A stretch of DNA of 64,000 nucleotides from Lepidodermella squamata (GCA_047495785.1 JBLDXI010000046.1:620001-684000), one strand, 5' to 3'. Numbered from the stretch's first letter, positions 1 through 12,651 are shown. Numbers and translations: made by a program. The notes: generated from the letters alone by a model not told the origin.

Positions 1-100
1 AAACTAAATAAGCAGAAATTAAGTTCTGAATGAAGAGGTTTCGATATTTTATAGGAGATTAATTGATTTCGCTGATATTCCAGTAATTCTTGTCCGCGGT

Positions 101-1725
101 TCAGCATCCGTCGACGGTGCATGTAGCTAGAATCGCATCTTTGCCTAGGATTTTCAGAAATATTTCAAGAACTCACGCAATATCCCTGAAAAGATTTACA
201 ATTTAATATTCAATATGTTTTAATAATTTGAACGATAACTACGTTTCTTGCAATCGTTCCCAGTCCAGCCAGATTCGCACAAGCATTGATTCGGTGCGAT
301 GCATTCGCCTCGAAGAAAGCATCTCGTTCGGCATCTCGCTGAATGATAAATATGGGTCGATATTATACAAATTAGCTTGAAAGAATTTTACGCATGGAGC
401 AATCGGGAGGTTGCCAGTCATCAGTACATTGGCACAAATTAGGTCGAATGCAAGTCCCACCGTTCGAACAAGAAGAGCTGCAAACAGCTGTTAGCACGAG
501 ATTGGGATAGGAATTATTCTATCGAAACTGAACTTACGGGTGTCACACAGATTTCCAACCCATCCGGGGCCACAAGCGCAAACATTTCCGGCTTTGCAAA
601 ATCCACCTGGCCCACATTTCGGATCGCAGCTTGCTGTGGGAACAAAATATAAATCACCTTAATGTCTTCAAGTCGTTTGCTCACGTGTGCTACAGGTGCT
701 ACAGGTGAGACCGGACCATCCAGGTTGACAGGTGCATCGAAAGCCCCCACTTTTCGCCAAATCGCCGACGCATGTACCGGTCAGGCAATTAGTGGGACAC
801 GTTATTTCTAGAAAGCAATAGGCAAACAAATGTTCAAGCTAGGAATTACATATCGCCTACGATTTATCGATTGACACTGTTGACGCAGCGTTGCTAGTTG
901 ATCTGGCGTGAAAGCAGTTTTGTAAAGCGAAATGCAGGCGTATTTGTTGTTGAAGGCCCCATTGAAAGCAGGCTGGTATCTAAACATGAGAATTGGGACA
1001 AATAGACCTCAATAGCTCTAAAAATGGCCCAGTAGGCTCAACAGTTAGGAGTGGATTAGGGTTTTTAGATCAGAGTAATCTTTTTTTTACCTGTGTCCAA
1101 GCAGTAATGTCCTGCTGGTCACTGGGGCTGACGATATTCGAGAACTGCTCAATGTACCATCACAAGCAACGAAAAAAGTCCCGTTAGTCGCATTATAAAC
1201 AACGGCAACAAATCTCCACTGCGAAACATTACATGGAAAATCGTCGACAACTTGTCTAACGGTTGCTGAAGTGTTGGAATATAACAAATTTGGTTGCATA
1301 TCTCCTTGGTTTGCGTTGTTGAATCTCCACAGATTGGCATAGTTCCCAGTTGTGTTACTGAACTCAAAAATAGAGCCACGGGTGGGTATGAAAACATAAC
1401 ACGCGATGGTGTATGAAGAGTTGCCAAATAGGAATAAATCATTAGTGACTTCGATCCAACTCGTGATGTCCAGTTAGTTAGTCTCATAGGCAGTATTTGG
1501 CGAACCGAATGGTCCGACAGTTAGGACACCGCTAGTTGTCTTGAAGATCGCATCGAGTTTGTTCGGCGACAGATCCCTTAAACCAAATACAGCTTTCAAC
1601 GGCCAGTAGAAGACAGCTGGTGGTAGTCTATCTTGATTCCACAAAAACCTGGCTAAATAAACCTGTGAATTCGACTCGAAAACGATGGCTGAGAGGAAAA
1701 TAGCTTGCGACAGTAGTTTTTTCAT
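101..1725 (-). pseudogene. Secreted LamG/concanavalin-like + EGF-repeat protein, copy 1, with a premature stop
   Basis: Signal peptide MKKLLSQAIFLSAIVF and a LamG-like domain collinear with copies 2-4, followed by EGF exons (CxPGWxGxxC) with GT-AG introns. An in-frame TAA at 1474-1476 (AYETN*LD) sits where paralogs have AYETNKLD. The frame stays intact downstream and ends ...TCTVDGC* at 101. Confidence 0.75.
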
Positions 1726-2058
1726 TATCTGGTAAAATATTGGGGAAAGTTGGGTGCAAGGATCATTTTCTCAGCGAGATGCTTCTTTTTTCATCGATCA
1801 AATGTCTGGGAAAACATGAACGATCGAACTGGCTTGTATTACGCTTTGCGAAAAATTATGAGCGACGTTAATAAATTGATAATATCCAACAGGTTTACTG
1901 AAAAATATAGGTCGAAAACTCATACGCTTGCTCGGAGAAAACATAAACAGAAGATAATAACAAGATCTGTCATTTTCACAGCATTTTCAAATTTTTGACG
2001 GGGAAAATTTATTGTTGAAATTATTTCGTTACTCCTCGGAATTGCCAGCCATCAGTGA

Positions 2059-3628
2059 TTAGCAACCTTGGGCATTGCAAGTAGCTAAACGAGAGCAGCT
2101 GGTCACAAATGCCTCAGGCTAAGAATGAAACTCACGCAGAATCCCTAAAATAAAGTAGAACACGGATCACGTAGGTATATTTAATCTTCAATCCAGCAGA
2201 AAATTTACTTATCATGCAATCGTTGCCCGTCCACGCAGCTTCACACGAGCATTTGTTCGGGGCGATGCATTCGCCTCGCAGGAAACACCTCGTTTTGCAG
2301 ACAGCTTTTTAAAGACGATCAAATGATTTGCAAGATTTATTTAGATTTTTGACGAATTTACGCGCCGAACAATCTGGCGGCTGCCAATCATTCGAGCACT
2401 TGCACACATTGGGTCGAATGCAGGTCCCGCCATTGGAGCAAGGCACGCTGCAAATAGCTTGAATATAGTTGAATTAACATCAGTTGAAGGTTCGCTGTAA
2501 AAGTTAACTTACGCGTATCGCACAGTGTCCCACTCCAGCCGGGTCCACATTTGCAGACACTGTCCGCTGTGCAAGTTCCACCCGGGCCACATTTAGGATT
2601 GCAAATCGCTAACCAAATAGTTATCATCAAATGAAGGTGTCGCCGAAGGTATACTTACGAATATTGCAAGCAATTCCGGACCATTTAGGTTTGCAGGTAC
2701 ATCGATAGCCGCCTAATCGTGTCAAATCGCCAACGCATGTTCCTGTTTGGCAATTCGCTGAGCAACTGATTTCTAAGCGGAATAATGAATTTTATATTAG
2801 AATTCTTGGGAAGGGTTATCAAACGAGTTATAGCTTGGCACTGCTCGCGCAGCGTTGCTAGTTGATCTGTCGTGAATGCTGCCTTGTACATTGAGAAACA
2901 CGCGTATTTATTGTTAAACGCCCCGCTTAAGGTGGATACGTATCTATAATTGTCATAATAGTTCCATTATTCCTTAACTTGGAATCTGATTACCTACGCC
3001 CCAACAGAATGGTTTGACTAAATGTTGGAGTTGTTGTTTGATAAGGGCCACTCGTCACGCCATCGCAAGCCACAAAATACGTCCCGTTAGAAGCATTATA
3101 AACAAAAGCGACAAATTTCCATGTCGAAAAGTCGCAACCAAATTTGTTGATCACTTGGTTACTTGAAGCGACCGAATTGCCGAACAGCAGATTGGGTTGC
3201 GTTTGGTTCGTGTCACTTTGATTAAATCTCCAAACACTAAGGAAATTGGTTGTGGAGTTACTCATCTCGAAAATCGAAGCGCGAGCTGGAACGAACGCGT
3301 ATGTGGCTATGGTGAATGAAGAAGTCCCAAGATTGATCAAACTATTCGTAACTTCGATCCAACTCGTGGTGTCCAATTTATTCGTCTCGTATGCGGTATC
3401 GGGGCTTCCGAAAGGTCCAATAGCCAGTACGCCGTTTGTAGTTTTGAAAGCTGCATCAACTTTACTTGGAGATATATCTTTCAACCCAAAGACTGCAGTA
3501 AGGGGCCAGTAGAGTAGGGCCTGAGGGAGCTTTTCCTGATTAGACAGGAAGCGGGCTACATAGTCCTGCGAGTTACATTGGACAATGAAGCAAGACGCCA
3601 GAGTTGCTGTTAGAGCTTGAGCCCACAT
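2059..3628 (-). CDS. Secreted LamG/concanavalin-like + EGF-repeat protein, copy 2 (multi-exon)
   Basis: Signal peptide MWAQALTATLASCFIVQC, then YWPL...SFTIATY...WKFVAFVYN LamG-like motifs and four EGF exons. Contains a 9-nt microexon at 2136-2144 and ends ...PTCNAQGC*. Confidence 0.85.
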
Positions 3629-4025
3629 TATTCAGTTGAAAAATGGAAGAAACGATGAAAAATTACTGGAACATTCTATACACTACGCTTAATATATCGA
3701 CATAACTGCGCAAAAAATTGGAGGTAGCCAGGCATGCAACAGCCGTCGAAGTTGTGAGAAATCAACACGGATGATCGACAAGGGTGAAATGTGAGCAATT
3801 CAACCTGCTCACGCTCCATAGTTGATTTTCATTTGTTTAAAATTATGATAATGACTGCGCTTAGACTAAATGAAGCTACAGAAAAGCAAATTTCAGTTTA
3901 GTCTTTCGACAATTGGCCAAAAGCTTAATCCAATGTTATTCAGCGAATTCATAGCCAAATGATTGAATTCATGAATTCAGTACCAAACATCATTGAATTC
4001 TGTTTCACATCAATTTCATCCAATC

Positions 4026-4160
4026 AGAACCCTAACCCTAACCCCAGTTTCAAGACCCAGCCTCTAACCCTGAACCTATCCCTAACCCTATCCCTAACCC
4101 TGAACCTATCCCTAACCCTAACCCTAACCGTTACCCTAACCCTAGTAACCCTAATAACCG
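4026..4160. repeat. Degenerate interstitial telomere-like (CCCTAA)n / (TTAGGG)n array
   Basis: Repeated aaccct/aaccctaa units with variants (cctatc, cctgaa). Confidence 0.8.
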
Positions 4161-4332
4161 AATAAAATTGTTGGGTATGGAATCAAATGAAATTTGCTAC
4201 CGCATTAGGATTTTCCCTAATTCCTGAAGGGAAACTTGCGTTACAAAAATCAAAATACTTGTATGCGTCGATTTCTTTATTTTTTATTGAAACCTGGAAT
4301 CTATTTCAAGATTTATACAGTGGGCCATTTTC

Positions 4333-5173
4333 CTAAGTCACTATTTTATTCAGGAAATTGTATATCAACTTGTGAAATACTTCAGGTTTGTTCATGTAGC
4401 AAGCATGACCAGCGTCCATTATCGTTGCGACAGCGGCGTTCGGAAGGTATCGCATATCCTGCGTTGATCTGATGCCAATATGGCTATCATTTTCACCAAC
4501 GGTTATCAGAGTTGGCACATTCATGGCTTTGTATTGGTTCTCAGAGTAATTTGACGTCGCTACCGGCGCAACAGAGATGAACCCTCTAAGTCTCTGGTTA
4601 GCTGTACCGGGTGCTAGTTCCATGATGTACGGCAGCGAATAGCCTCCAGATTTGGACGGCGAAACAATGACTGGCCTGGAAAAAAATAGTGAATTCAAGC
4701 AATCTCCGAATCCTAAATCAGACTAACCGGTCAATTTGTAACGCCTCAACTACTTTAGCGACAAAGTTGGGAACATCGCTCTGATAAGGTGTCGAGCCAT
4801 GCCCAGGTAGATCGACAGCAATGGCTCGAAGCCCCATAGCAGCGAGTAACTGGAGAGTTCCAAGTTCGCGCCACGTCTCAGCCTGAAATGAGGCGCCATG
4901 CAAAAATAGAACCGTAAAACGGTTGGCGTGATGTTCAGCTGGCTCTGCAATCAAAACATGAGCGGCATGGTTACTAAGGTCGAATTTGATCGAATGATCG
5001 GTGATTTCGATTGATTTAGCGGCTTCTAATAGGCTGCTATGTATTTCATCGATGGTGAAATTTTGGAAAATTTTGCCGCGGTTAAACAAAGTGTATTCAG
5101 CACTGCTAGCCATCGTTGTAAAATAAACGTAGTAGATGTATACAGGCAACAATATTTCCAGGTTTGAAACCAT
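4333..5173 (-). CDS. ABHD14: ABHD14A/B-like alpha/beta hydrolase (2 exons, intron 4676-4727; start uncertain, 5173 or 5113)
   Basis: LFLHGASFQAETW, AVDLPGHG, VSPSKSG (the ABHD14 SxSxS nucleophile motif), GEND and AGHACY motifs. A 52-bp GT-AG intron joins the two ORFs in frame. Confidence 0.85.
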
Positions 5174-5416
5174 AGTGGTTTGTAGGGCTTGTATTATGTG
5201 ATAAGATAAGAAATGAGTCAGGTGTTTTATTAGGCTTTTTCTCAGGCATCATCTGTTGGATTGCGTGACACGCTTCCCCTTCATTTCCTTACGCTCGTTT
5301 GAAATTTGAAGATGAGAAAAATGTGATTACCTATACATCTCAGCAATAAATAAACAAAGTTATCATGCTTCTGTTAGGATTAAAATGGCTCCGCAACAGA
5401 TTCGATGATTTTTCGT

Positions 5417-7953
5417 TTATGAACAACCTTGATCGCTGCATGTAGCTGGAAAATCAGTGCAAAGTACTTCGAATCGATCCCAAGGATCAGTTAAACTCAC
5501 GCAGAACCCCTGGAAAATGAAATAAATGCATTCGTATGTTGTAAGAGAAATCTTGGCTTGTTTTACTAATCATGCAATCATTGCCAGTCCACCCCGGTTC
5601 ACACGAGCATTTGTTCGGTGCAATACATTCGCCTCGAAGGAAACACCTCGTTTTACAGGCAGCTGGTAATTTGGTGGATCAATACTACGGAATTATACGT
5701 GTGAAATAGATTACGAATTGAGCAATCGGGTGACTGCCAATCATTTGGACACTTGCACTTGTTCGGGCGAACACAGGTGCCCCCGTTGGAGCATGGGACG
5801 CCGCAGATTGCTTTACATAAGGTTTCAACATTGGAGTAACGCTTACGGAGGAAACTCACGAGTATCACAAAGTGTTCCGATCCAACCGGGTCCACATTTG
5901 CAGGCATTACCCGCTGTGCATCTTCCACCTGGGCCACAGTTTGGCGTGCAAACGGCTAAATTAAACCATGGTTCATGATGAATACTTATCCATTAATCAT
6001 ACGAATGTTGCAGGCGAGGCCATACCAGCCAGATTGGCAGGTGCATTGATAGCCTCCTAATCGCGTTAAATCCCCTACACAAGTGTCCGGCTGGCAGTTG
6101 GGTGAACAGCTGATTTCTAAAGGCAAAAAGGATCAACCAAAAAAGAGAGCGACACCAAGTTGCTTCTGATTACAACTTTATTTATAACGTGCGACGTTTC
6201 GGTCCTTGCGTGGACCATCATCAGGCTACAACAAAAGAAAACACAACAAGAAATTATTACAGTAAAAGACAAAAGCACAACAAGGTATCAGGATGAAAAT
6301 AGAAACTAGAAACTGTCAAAATAGCTTTAATTTTATTGAGTCGGACTGCACGTTCAGGCTCACAGCAATCTTTGTCTGCTTGATGAGTAGACTTTCGTGG
6401 ACCAAGCAGTCCCACCTGTTGCGACACTTGCGTAATACTTTGAAGTGAGCATTGATGTCAAAGCTATCAGGCAGTTTGTGTGTGGCCAGATGTTTGCCAA
6501 TTGAACTCGAAGCGAGCTTGTGTTCCTCGACTCGTTGATGTAGGTGCCGCGTGGTCATCCCGACATAGCCAGCGTCACAAAGCGTACAGGTTCGATCTTC
6601 GTCTCCTTCATGTGGCCAGTGTGACGCTGGCTATGTCGGGATGACCACGCGGCACCTACATCAACGAGTCGAGGAACACAAGCTCGCTTCGAGTTCAATT
6701 GGCAAACATCTGGCCACACACAAACTGCCTGATAGCTTTGACATCAATGCTCACTTCAAAGTATTACGCAAGTGTCGCAACAGGTGGGACTGCTTGGTCC
6801 ACGAAAGTCTACTCATCAAGCAGACAAAGATTGCTGTGAGCCTGAACGTGCAGTCCGACTCAATAAAATTAAAGCTATTTTGACAGTTTCTAGTTTCTAT
6901 TTTCATCCTGATACCTTGTTGTGCTTTTGTCTTTTACTGTAATAATTTCTTGTTGTGTTTTCTTTTGTTGTAGCCTGATGATGGTCCACGCAAGGACCGA
7001 AACGTCGCACGTTATAAATAAAGTTGTAATCAGAAGCAACTTGGTGTCGCTCTCTTTTTTGGTTAATCTGTACCCGACTCGGGTTTTCATTTCCTCACAA
7101 AAAGGATCGTTTTGGAAAAGCTTTTATACTAGCACAAGGTTCCTCGAACGATTAATAGATTGACACTGCTCGCGTAGTGTCGCTAGCTGGCCTGCTGTAA
7201 ATGCGGATTTGTACATCGAAGCGCAAGCGTATTTGTTATTGAACGCCCCGTTAAAGCTATTAGGCTGGTATCTAGCGTACAAATCATTAGCGAGAGATGT
7301 CAATGTTGGATGGATGATACAACTCGCCTTTTCCCAAGAAGTACCGTCCGGCTGGTTCCGGGGGTTGAAGTGGCGTGGGGACTGCTCAGTACGTCGTCGC
7401 AAGCACCGAAAAACGTCCCGCTTGTCGCATTGTAGACAAACGCAACAAATTTCCACTTCGAATAGTCACAATTTAGGTCTTGAAGTACCAGCCGCGAAGT
7501 CCCCATAGTATCGATATACAGCAAATTTGGCTGCATATCTGGAATATTAGGCAAATTGAATCGCCATACGTTTGCATAAAGTTCCGTCGTGTTAATCATC
7601 TCAAAGATAGATCCACGAGATGGTATGAAGACGTAAGTAGCAAACGTGAATGAAGAAGTTCCAAGGCTGAATAAGTCATTAGTGACTTCGATCCAGCTCG
7701 TGTTGTCCAGTTTGTTTGTCTCGTAGGAAGTGTTAGGAGAACCAAATGGTCCGACGGTTAGGACGCCGCTGGTTGTTTTGAAGGTTGCATCGATTTTGTT
7801 CGGCGACAGATCTTTGAGACCGAACAGTCCATTCAAAGGCCAGTAAAACAGAGCTGGCGGTAGTTGTTCTTGGTTTGAAATAAATCTCGCCAAATAGTTC
7901 TGCGAATTTGATGAGGATATCATGACTGAGACCAGTAGAATTGATGCTAGCAT
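5417..7953 (-). CDS. Secreted LamG/concanavalin-like + EGF-repeat protein, copy 3
   Basis: Same exon structure as copy 2, with the microexon at 5501-5509 and the end ...PTCSDQGCS*. Intron ~6117-7149 is enlarged by the Penelope-like palindrome. Confidence 0.85.
6188..6231 (-). ncRNA. Minimal type I hammerhead ribozyme, mirror copy
   Basis: Exact reverse complement of 6968-7011. Confidence 0.7.
6968..7011 (+). ncRNA. Minimal type I hammerhead ribozyme (PLE-associated)
   Basis: tgtagc CTGATGA t GGTCC acgcaa GGACC GAAA c g TC gcacg. This gives the conserved core, a 5-bp stem II, a palindromic ACGT in place of stem III, and a short stem I. Confidence 0.7.
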
Positions 7954-8215
7954 AGCTCGAATCAGCTTGAAGTTGTCGGTTGAGCGGAAAAAGAATATAT
8001 TTTCCCCCTAGTTTTTACTGTATTCGGCTCAACTGGTGCAAGGAGGAGAATCAATGAATCTTACCTATTTAACATATTCCACGCCATTGATGCCAAAATT
8101 TCCGATTTTTTCCCTTCAATAATTCTGATTAAATATTCTGATGCTAGGTGTCATACCATCAAAAAACGGCAATATAAAATGACACTATTTCACAACAAGG
8201 ATTGATTATAAGATT

Positions 8216-8914
8216 CCCAGACGAAAATTCATAAATTATTCTCCGGGTGTCTTTGCTAATTATAATTTGAAATATCCCAAAAATCCCTGAACAATGTCGG
8301 TAAAAAACCCTCAGAAATAGCCAGAACGCTTCAGAAATGTCAGCGGCTTTCGAGGTCTAAATTCAGCGCGTTTCTTACGGGTTTTTGATTATTTTTCAGG
8401 GATTTTCGGGATATTTCAAATTATAATTAGCAAGGAGAATAATGTACCGTATTTTACGAATTATTAGGCAGGACCCAATTATAGGGCATAACCGGAATAA
8501 AGGGCAGAGGGTAATGGTCATTTGAAATTATAAAGAGCAGAACCTTAATAATAGGCAGGGCCTTGTATGAAGTGGCTTACATGGGCGCCTGCTGGATGTA
8601 AGTGGTTAAAGTTGGATAGGTTGCGATTTCTCGTCAGTAAGTGCACTAGTCGTCCTTTATCCACCCTAATCCACTTGAGCAAACACTTCACGCGTGTAGT
8701 CACAGGTGGAAGGCAGTAGCTATAGTGGTTATTCGGCGGTTTTAACTGTTGATCTAGGTACTGTTCAGGTGACTGATTAGGTTCGAAAAAATTATAGGGC
8801 AGAGCCGAATTAAAGGGCAGACCCTAAATACAGGGCAGGACTTGAACCTCGTTTGAAAAAAATACAGGGCAGGGTCTTATAATTCGTAAAATACGGTATG
8901 CATTTTCGTTCGGG
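8216..8914. mobile_element. MITE with CCC...GGG termini and long imperfect TIRs, interrupted by a second MITE
   Basis: The left end cccagacgaaaattcataaattattctcc...ttgctaattataatttgaaatatccc mirrors the right end gggatatttcaaattataattagcaa ggagaataatgta[insert]tgcattttcgttcggg. Confidence 0.65.
8447..8896. mobile_element. Tc1/pogo-type MITE with TA target duplication
   Basis: TA|CCGTATTTTACGAATTAT ... ATAATTCGTAAAATACGG|TA, with internal repeated (A)GGGCAG motifs. A second copy lies at 30419-32297. Confidence 0.8.
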
Positions 8915-9598
8915 TTTGGAGATCCGAAATTCTATTTTTTTCATTCTCATCTCATTTATATTGCTGCAAGTTTCGACGGTTGGCAATATGTTTATTGATA
9001 AGGAATGAGTTTAATCGCCTCAGAGTCCTTTTTAATGAATTGCACAGGGATTTGTTTTCAGGTCGATTTTCCCCCCTAATTCAACCATTTCCTCTTCACT
9101 ATTGGGAACCCTCTTCGAATGAATCGAGGCTCTAAAGGAACCGAGTTATACGGCCAATCTTACCGGCATGGTGTTTCGGTTCCATCTAACGCACGTCTTA
9201 TTTCATCAAATATCGCATATACCGAAGATACGAAATTGCCCGATAGAAATTACCTGCCCTGAATATCGGGTCAGTCCTCACTTTTGTAACTAAATTATAA
9301 GCTGTTCCTTGCAGCCGTTTTTATCCAACATCTCCACTTCTCATTTCAAGTGCCGACAGAGAGAGTTTTTGGCAGATTAAACTGCAATTTTACGCGATTT
9401 TTTGATCGTTCGGTATTTTAAATGATTGAGCTTGGGAATCCATTTCAGCCATCAAATAAGATGGGGTAGGCGGTTATCGGTTTTACTCCATGCGGCTAAC
9501 TTTCACTCGGCTTTTCGAGATAAGCTACAACTGATAAGGTCCTAGGCTATATATCAGAATAGCTCACCTGCATCCGTATTAGTGTGATTGAAACGGAA

Positions 9599-10071
9599 AT
9601 GCTGACCCATCTACAAATTTCGCTAGTTTTATTCCTATTACTATGTCTAATACCTGAGTCGAATGCTGCCGTATCAAGGTGCTACGTTTGCGAACCTGGT
9701 CCAAATAAGGATGGAGATTGCTTTCAACGTGAATCCTTCGATGAAGTGAAATGCCCAGCCGAAGCCAACTACGCTTGTACCGTAAATTTTGTGTAAATTT
9801 CAAAGATTTCTATTAGCTTTCGAGATGACAAACTCATTCGAATTTTAGGGGTGATGCAATTCGAGGATGCACGTCGAAGGAAGGCTGTCCTGATAGCAAA
9901 TACGTCGAGTGCTGTTCTGCAAATTTGTGCAACAATAAGAAATACAACCGCGACGACTATCCCACAGTTTTCGATCATAACGAACCTCGAAACTCCTCAG
10001 GAAAAACCATGGCAAATATTTCAGCTTTATTAACTATCACAGCAATTTGTATAGGCACTCTGTTGAAATAA
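9599..10071 (+). CDS. Ly6/uPAR (three-finger, LU-domain) protein, probably GPI-anchored; 2 exons
   Basis: Signal peptide, RCYVC...C...C...C, a short GT-AG intron ending at 9848, then RGC...C...CCSANLCN and a hydrophobic C-terminal tail (ISALLTITAICIGTLLK*). Confidence 0.8.
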
Positions 10072-10115
10072 TACAAAACTGCTAAGGTCATTGCATTTTC
10101 GACGAATTTTTCTCA

Positions 10116-10627
10116 CATGATTCCTTGCCAATGCAGCCGAAATTTATCGATGTTATTACGGCAGTGGGCGTAGTAAGCTGACCGTTCGTTTGCAAACTTG
10201 ACAGGGTCTTCCACGCCATTCGTTTTAACGATTTTGATATCCTTCTCCACTATTCTCCTCAAAATCTAAATTAAATCCAGCTGAAAGATTGCCTTGTAAG
10301 CATTATCAGAATTTACGTCGTAGTCGTGAAGCCGTTGCCTTGCGTCCGAGAGTGAGTTTTGCCACAGCACCAGGCCTGTTGTACCACATGCGAAGAGGGA
10401 ATTGGCAATATGGCGGAGTGAGTTAGGATTTTTGAGGTAGATAGCAGCGGCGGTCAAATTGCAGGCAGCGGCTGAATATTTAACAACCTGGCTCAACTTA
10501 TACACCCAGTTCTTCTCGATCCGAGCTCGATCTATTGCCTGCTTCTCCAGAGCAAGAACTAGGAAAATATCGCATGAGTAGCCTCACTTTCTGTTGGAAA
10601 GCCTTACTTTCTTTAGCTGTTTCCATT
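10116..10627 (-). CDS. Small protein of unknown function (3 exons; two hydrophobic segments)
   Basis: METAKE exon, a GT-AG intron, ORF 10266-10505 frame, a 51-bp intron (gtaaat...tttag), then ILRRIVEKD...HWQGIM*. Confidence 0.5.
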
Positions 10628-12046
10628 TTGAATTTTTATCTGACGAAAGCAGAGAACATGTTCTGTATGTGTATATTGCTACAAATTGTTAATGTTTCTT
10701 CCACTTGAGAACATTTTTCGGTGCTACGTGATTTAATGGTGCTTAACACGCGTATTACTACGCCAGGCTTATAGCACAATTTTTCAACATCTTCACAGCT
10801 TACTGCGATAATGTAGCGTGAATGAGTAATTATTTAACCTTATTATTGCATTTTGCATTATATGTGAGAATAAAACGAGTGAAATCAAGAGAATACATCC
10901 CAGACAGTGGGGGCTGGCGAGGCGGAAAGTCTTAAGGCGTATTTTGCACAAAGAAAACATGACAAGAGGAAGTTTTGAAGAAGAAAATAGCAACCTACGC
11001 TGCAATATCCCGTATGCTACTAAAGTGTACTGCATTTAATCGATCAACGTCACGTTAATAATGAATAACCATCGATCACTATATATCCACGCCATACTCA
11101 TAAATTTCAATAATGCAAAGTGAATATTCAAATTATTGGCTGATTGATTGCTCGGACTAATTGAGGACCTCGATTTTTCATGCCCTTAATTTGAAAATTA
11201 ACACCATGATTTGCTTCTTGTAATGTTCCAGCTCAATTTCCCATTTTTTTCATCTCGATTAAAGGTTTCTGAATTCTTTTCACAACCTTTGAGAACAAGT
11301 CAGTTCCGTATAATTTTTTGTTGCTATATTTTGATATTTTTGATATATTTTTATCGATATCGCCTCTGTAGGCGTAACCCTCGCAAGAACCCTCGGTGAT
11401 GCCATGGCTATTATCCGAGATAAGTGGGCCACTTAAGCATTAGGGAGGTCCACAATATTAAGCACTGAATGATACTTACTAGAGCCCGTCTCAATTTTTG
11501 TCGTCCCCATTATTTTTATGACGAGTGTTTATTTTCGCACGTTTATCCTCTGAGATATACAATATTATATTTTTTTATAAACTTATTTCTAACGCCTACG
11601 AAGTTTTTTGTGAAATTCATCACTTCCCATTCATTTTCCGAGTATTAAAGCTGTGACCAGCGCGGCGCATGTTCATTAGCCCTGATATCACAATAAGTTC
11701 GCAGCCTAAATTGATTATAATGCCCTATAGCTTTCTAAAATCGATAAATGACGTGTTAAGCGAGCCGTGGCGAGCGACTAGTCGCTGCTATTCCTAAGCG
11801 AGCTCTTGCGCTCACTGAGTGTGTAGTATTATTCAATGAAGACAAATCACGGGACAATACCCGCCCAGCCCCCGAAAGACCTCTCGAAACTCTTCCGGAA
11901 TTTTTATTCAATTTATTTTTAGTATAATCTACTGTTTCATTGAGAAGGAAACCCTGCGCCATACGCAGCACTTATTCATCTACGATTTTTTCCATAATTG
12001 AAAACAGCCTGGAAATTTGTAACTCTTTTTTTGCTAGATTAAGGCT

Positions 12047-12651
12047 ATGAAGCTTACTAATACCCTGACCCTAGTGGTTGTTGCTGTAGCACTGGCTGCT
12101 GTTTGTAGCGCTGCTAAACCTCGGCAGTCGAGAAAAGCGGTAATTTTGATGACCTTAACTATATCCTATAAAGCATATCCTAATCCTTTTTCCAGACGTG
12201 CAAACGCGACGAAGATTGTCCCAACAGGCCTGGAGTTCTTTTCTCCCCAAAGCGATGCTGCAATGGAACTTGCGCCTATGGCGCACCCGTTCCCATTTGC
12301 CCATGGGAGACACGGTGCAGGCGTGACGGAGATTGTCCCACTGGATTGTGCTGCGATTGGCGGGACAAAATCTGCAAGAAATCTGCGACTTGCAAAGAGT
12401 AAGTCTTTCATCAATTTCTATTTTCATTTTCATTCTCAAATATTTGACAAAGCGTCTGCATGGATTCATCTGATTGTGAAACTGGAATGTGCTGCTCTCA
12501 CCATAAAGGTGACAAAAAGCCGGGTCTGTGCGGATCTCAAGCGACGGAATACTGTAAATGCGAAAGCGAAGCTGATTGCCAGGGCGGACTTTCTTGCCGT
12601 CTCGCTAGCCGGAAGACAAACGTCCGAGAATGCGGCCTGTGGTCGATTTGA
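12047..12651 (+). CDS. Secreted cysteine-rich protein with repeated C-x4-DC-xn-CC modules (knottin/Dickkopf-N/colipase-like)
   Basis: Signal peptide MKLTNTLTLVVVAVALAAVCSA. Introns 12140-12195 and 12399-12452 give CKRDEDCP..RCC..C, CRRDGDCPTGLCC..C, CMDSSDCETGMCC..C and CKCESEADCQGGLSC..C. Confidence 0.75.

Larger units (their letters stand above)
6135..7064. mobile_element. Penelope-like element (PLE) remnant: perfect inverted pair of pseudo-LTRs
   Basis: Identical 445-bp arms (6135-6579 and 6620-7064) around a 40-bp spacer. The arms encode the C-terminal GIY-YIG endonuclease portion (CGQCDAGYVGMTTRHLHQRVEEH...ESLLIK...LNVQ), followed by a 3' region with a hammerhead motif and AATAAA. Confidence 0.85.

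Noticed and set aside
1474-1476. Stop-codon reassignment (TAA read as an amino acid)
   Set aside because: TAA terminates many other genes here and long ORFs lack internal stops, so a single mutation is simpler.
10266-10292. Ultra-short 27-nt GC-AG intron
   Set aside because: An upstream gtaaat donor gives a normal 51-nt GT-AG intron in the same frame.
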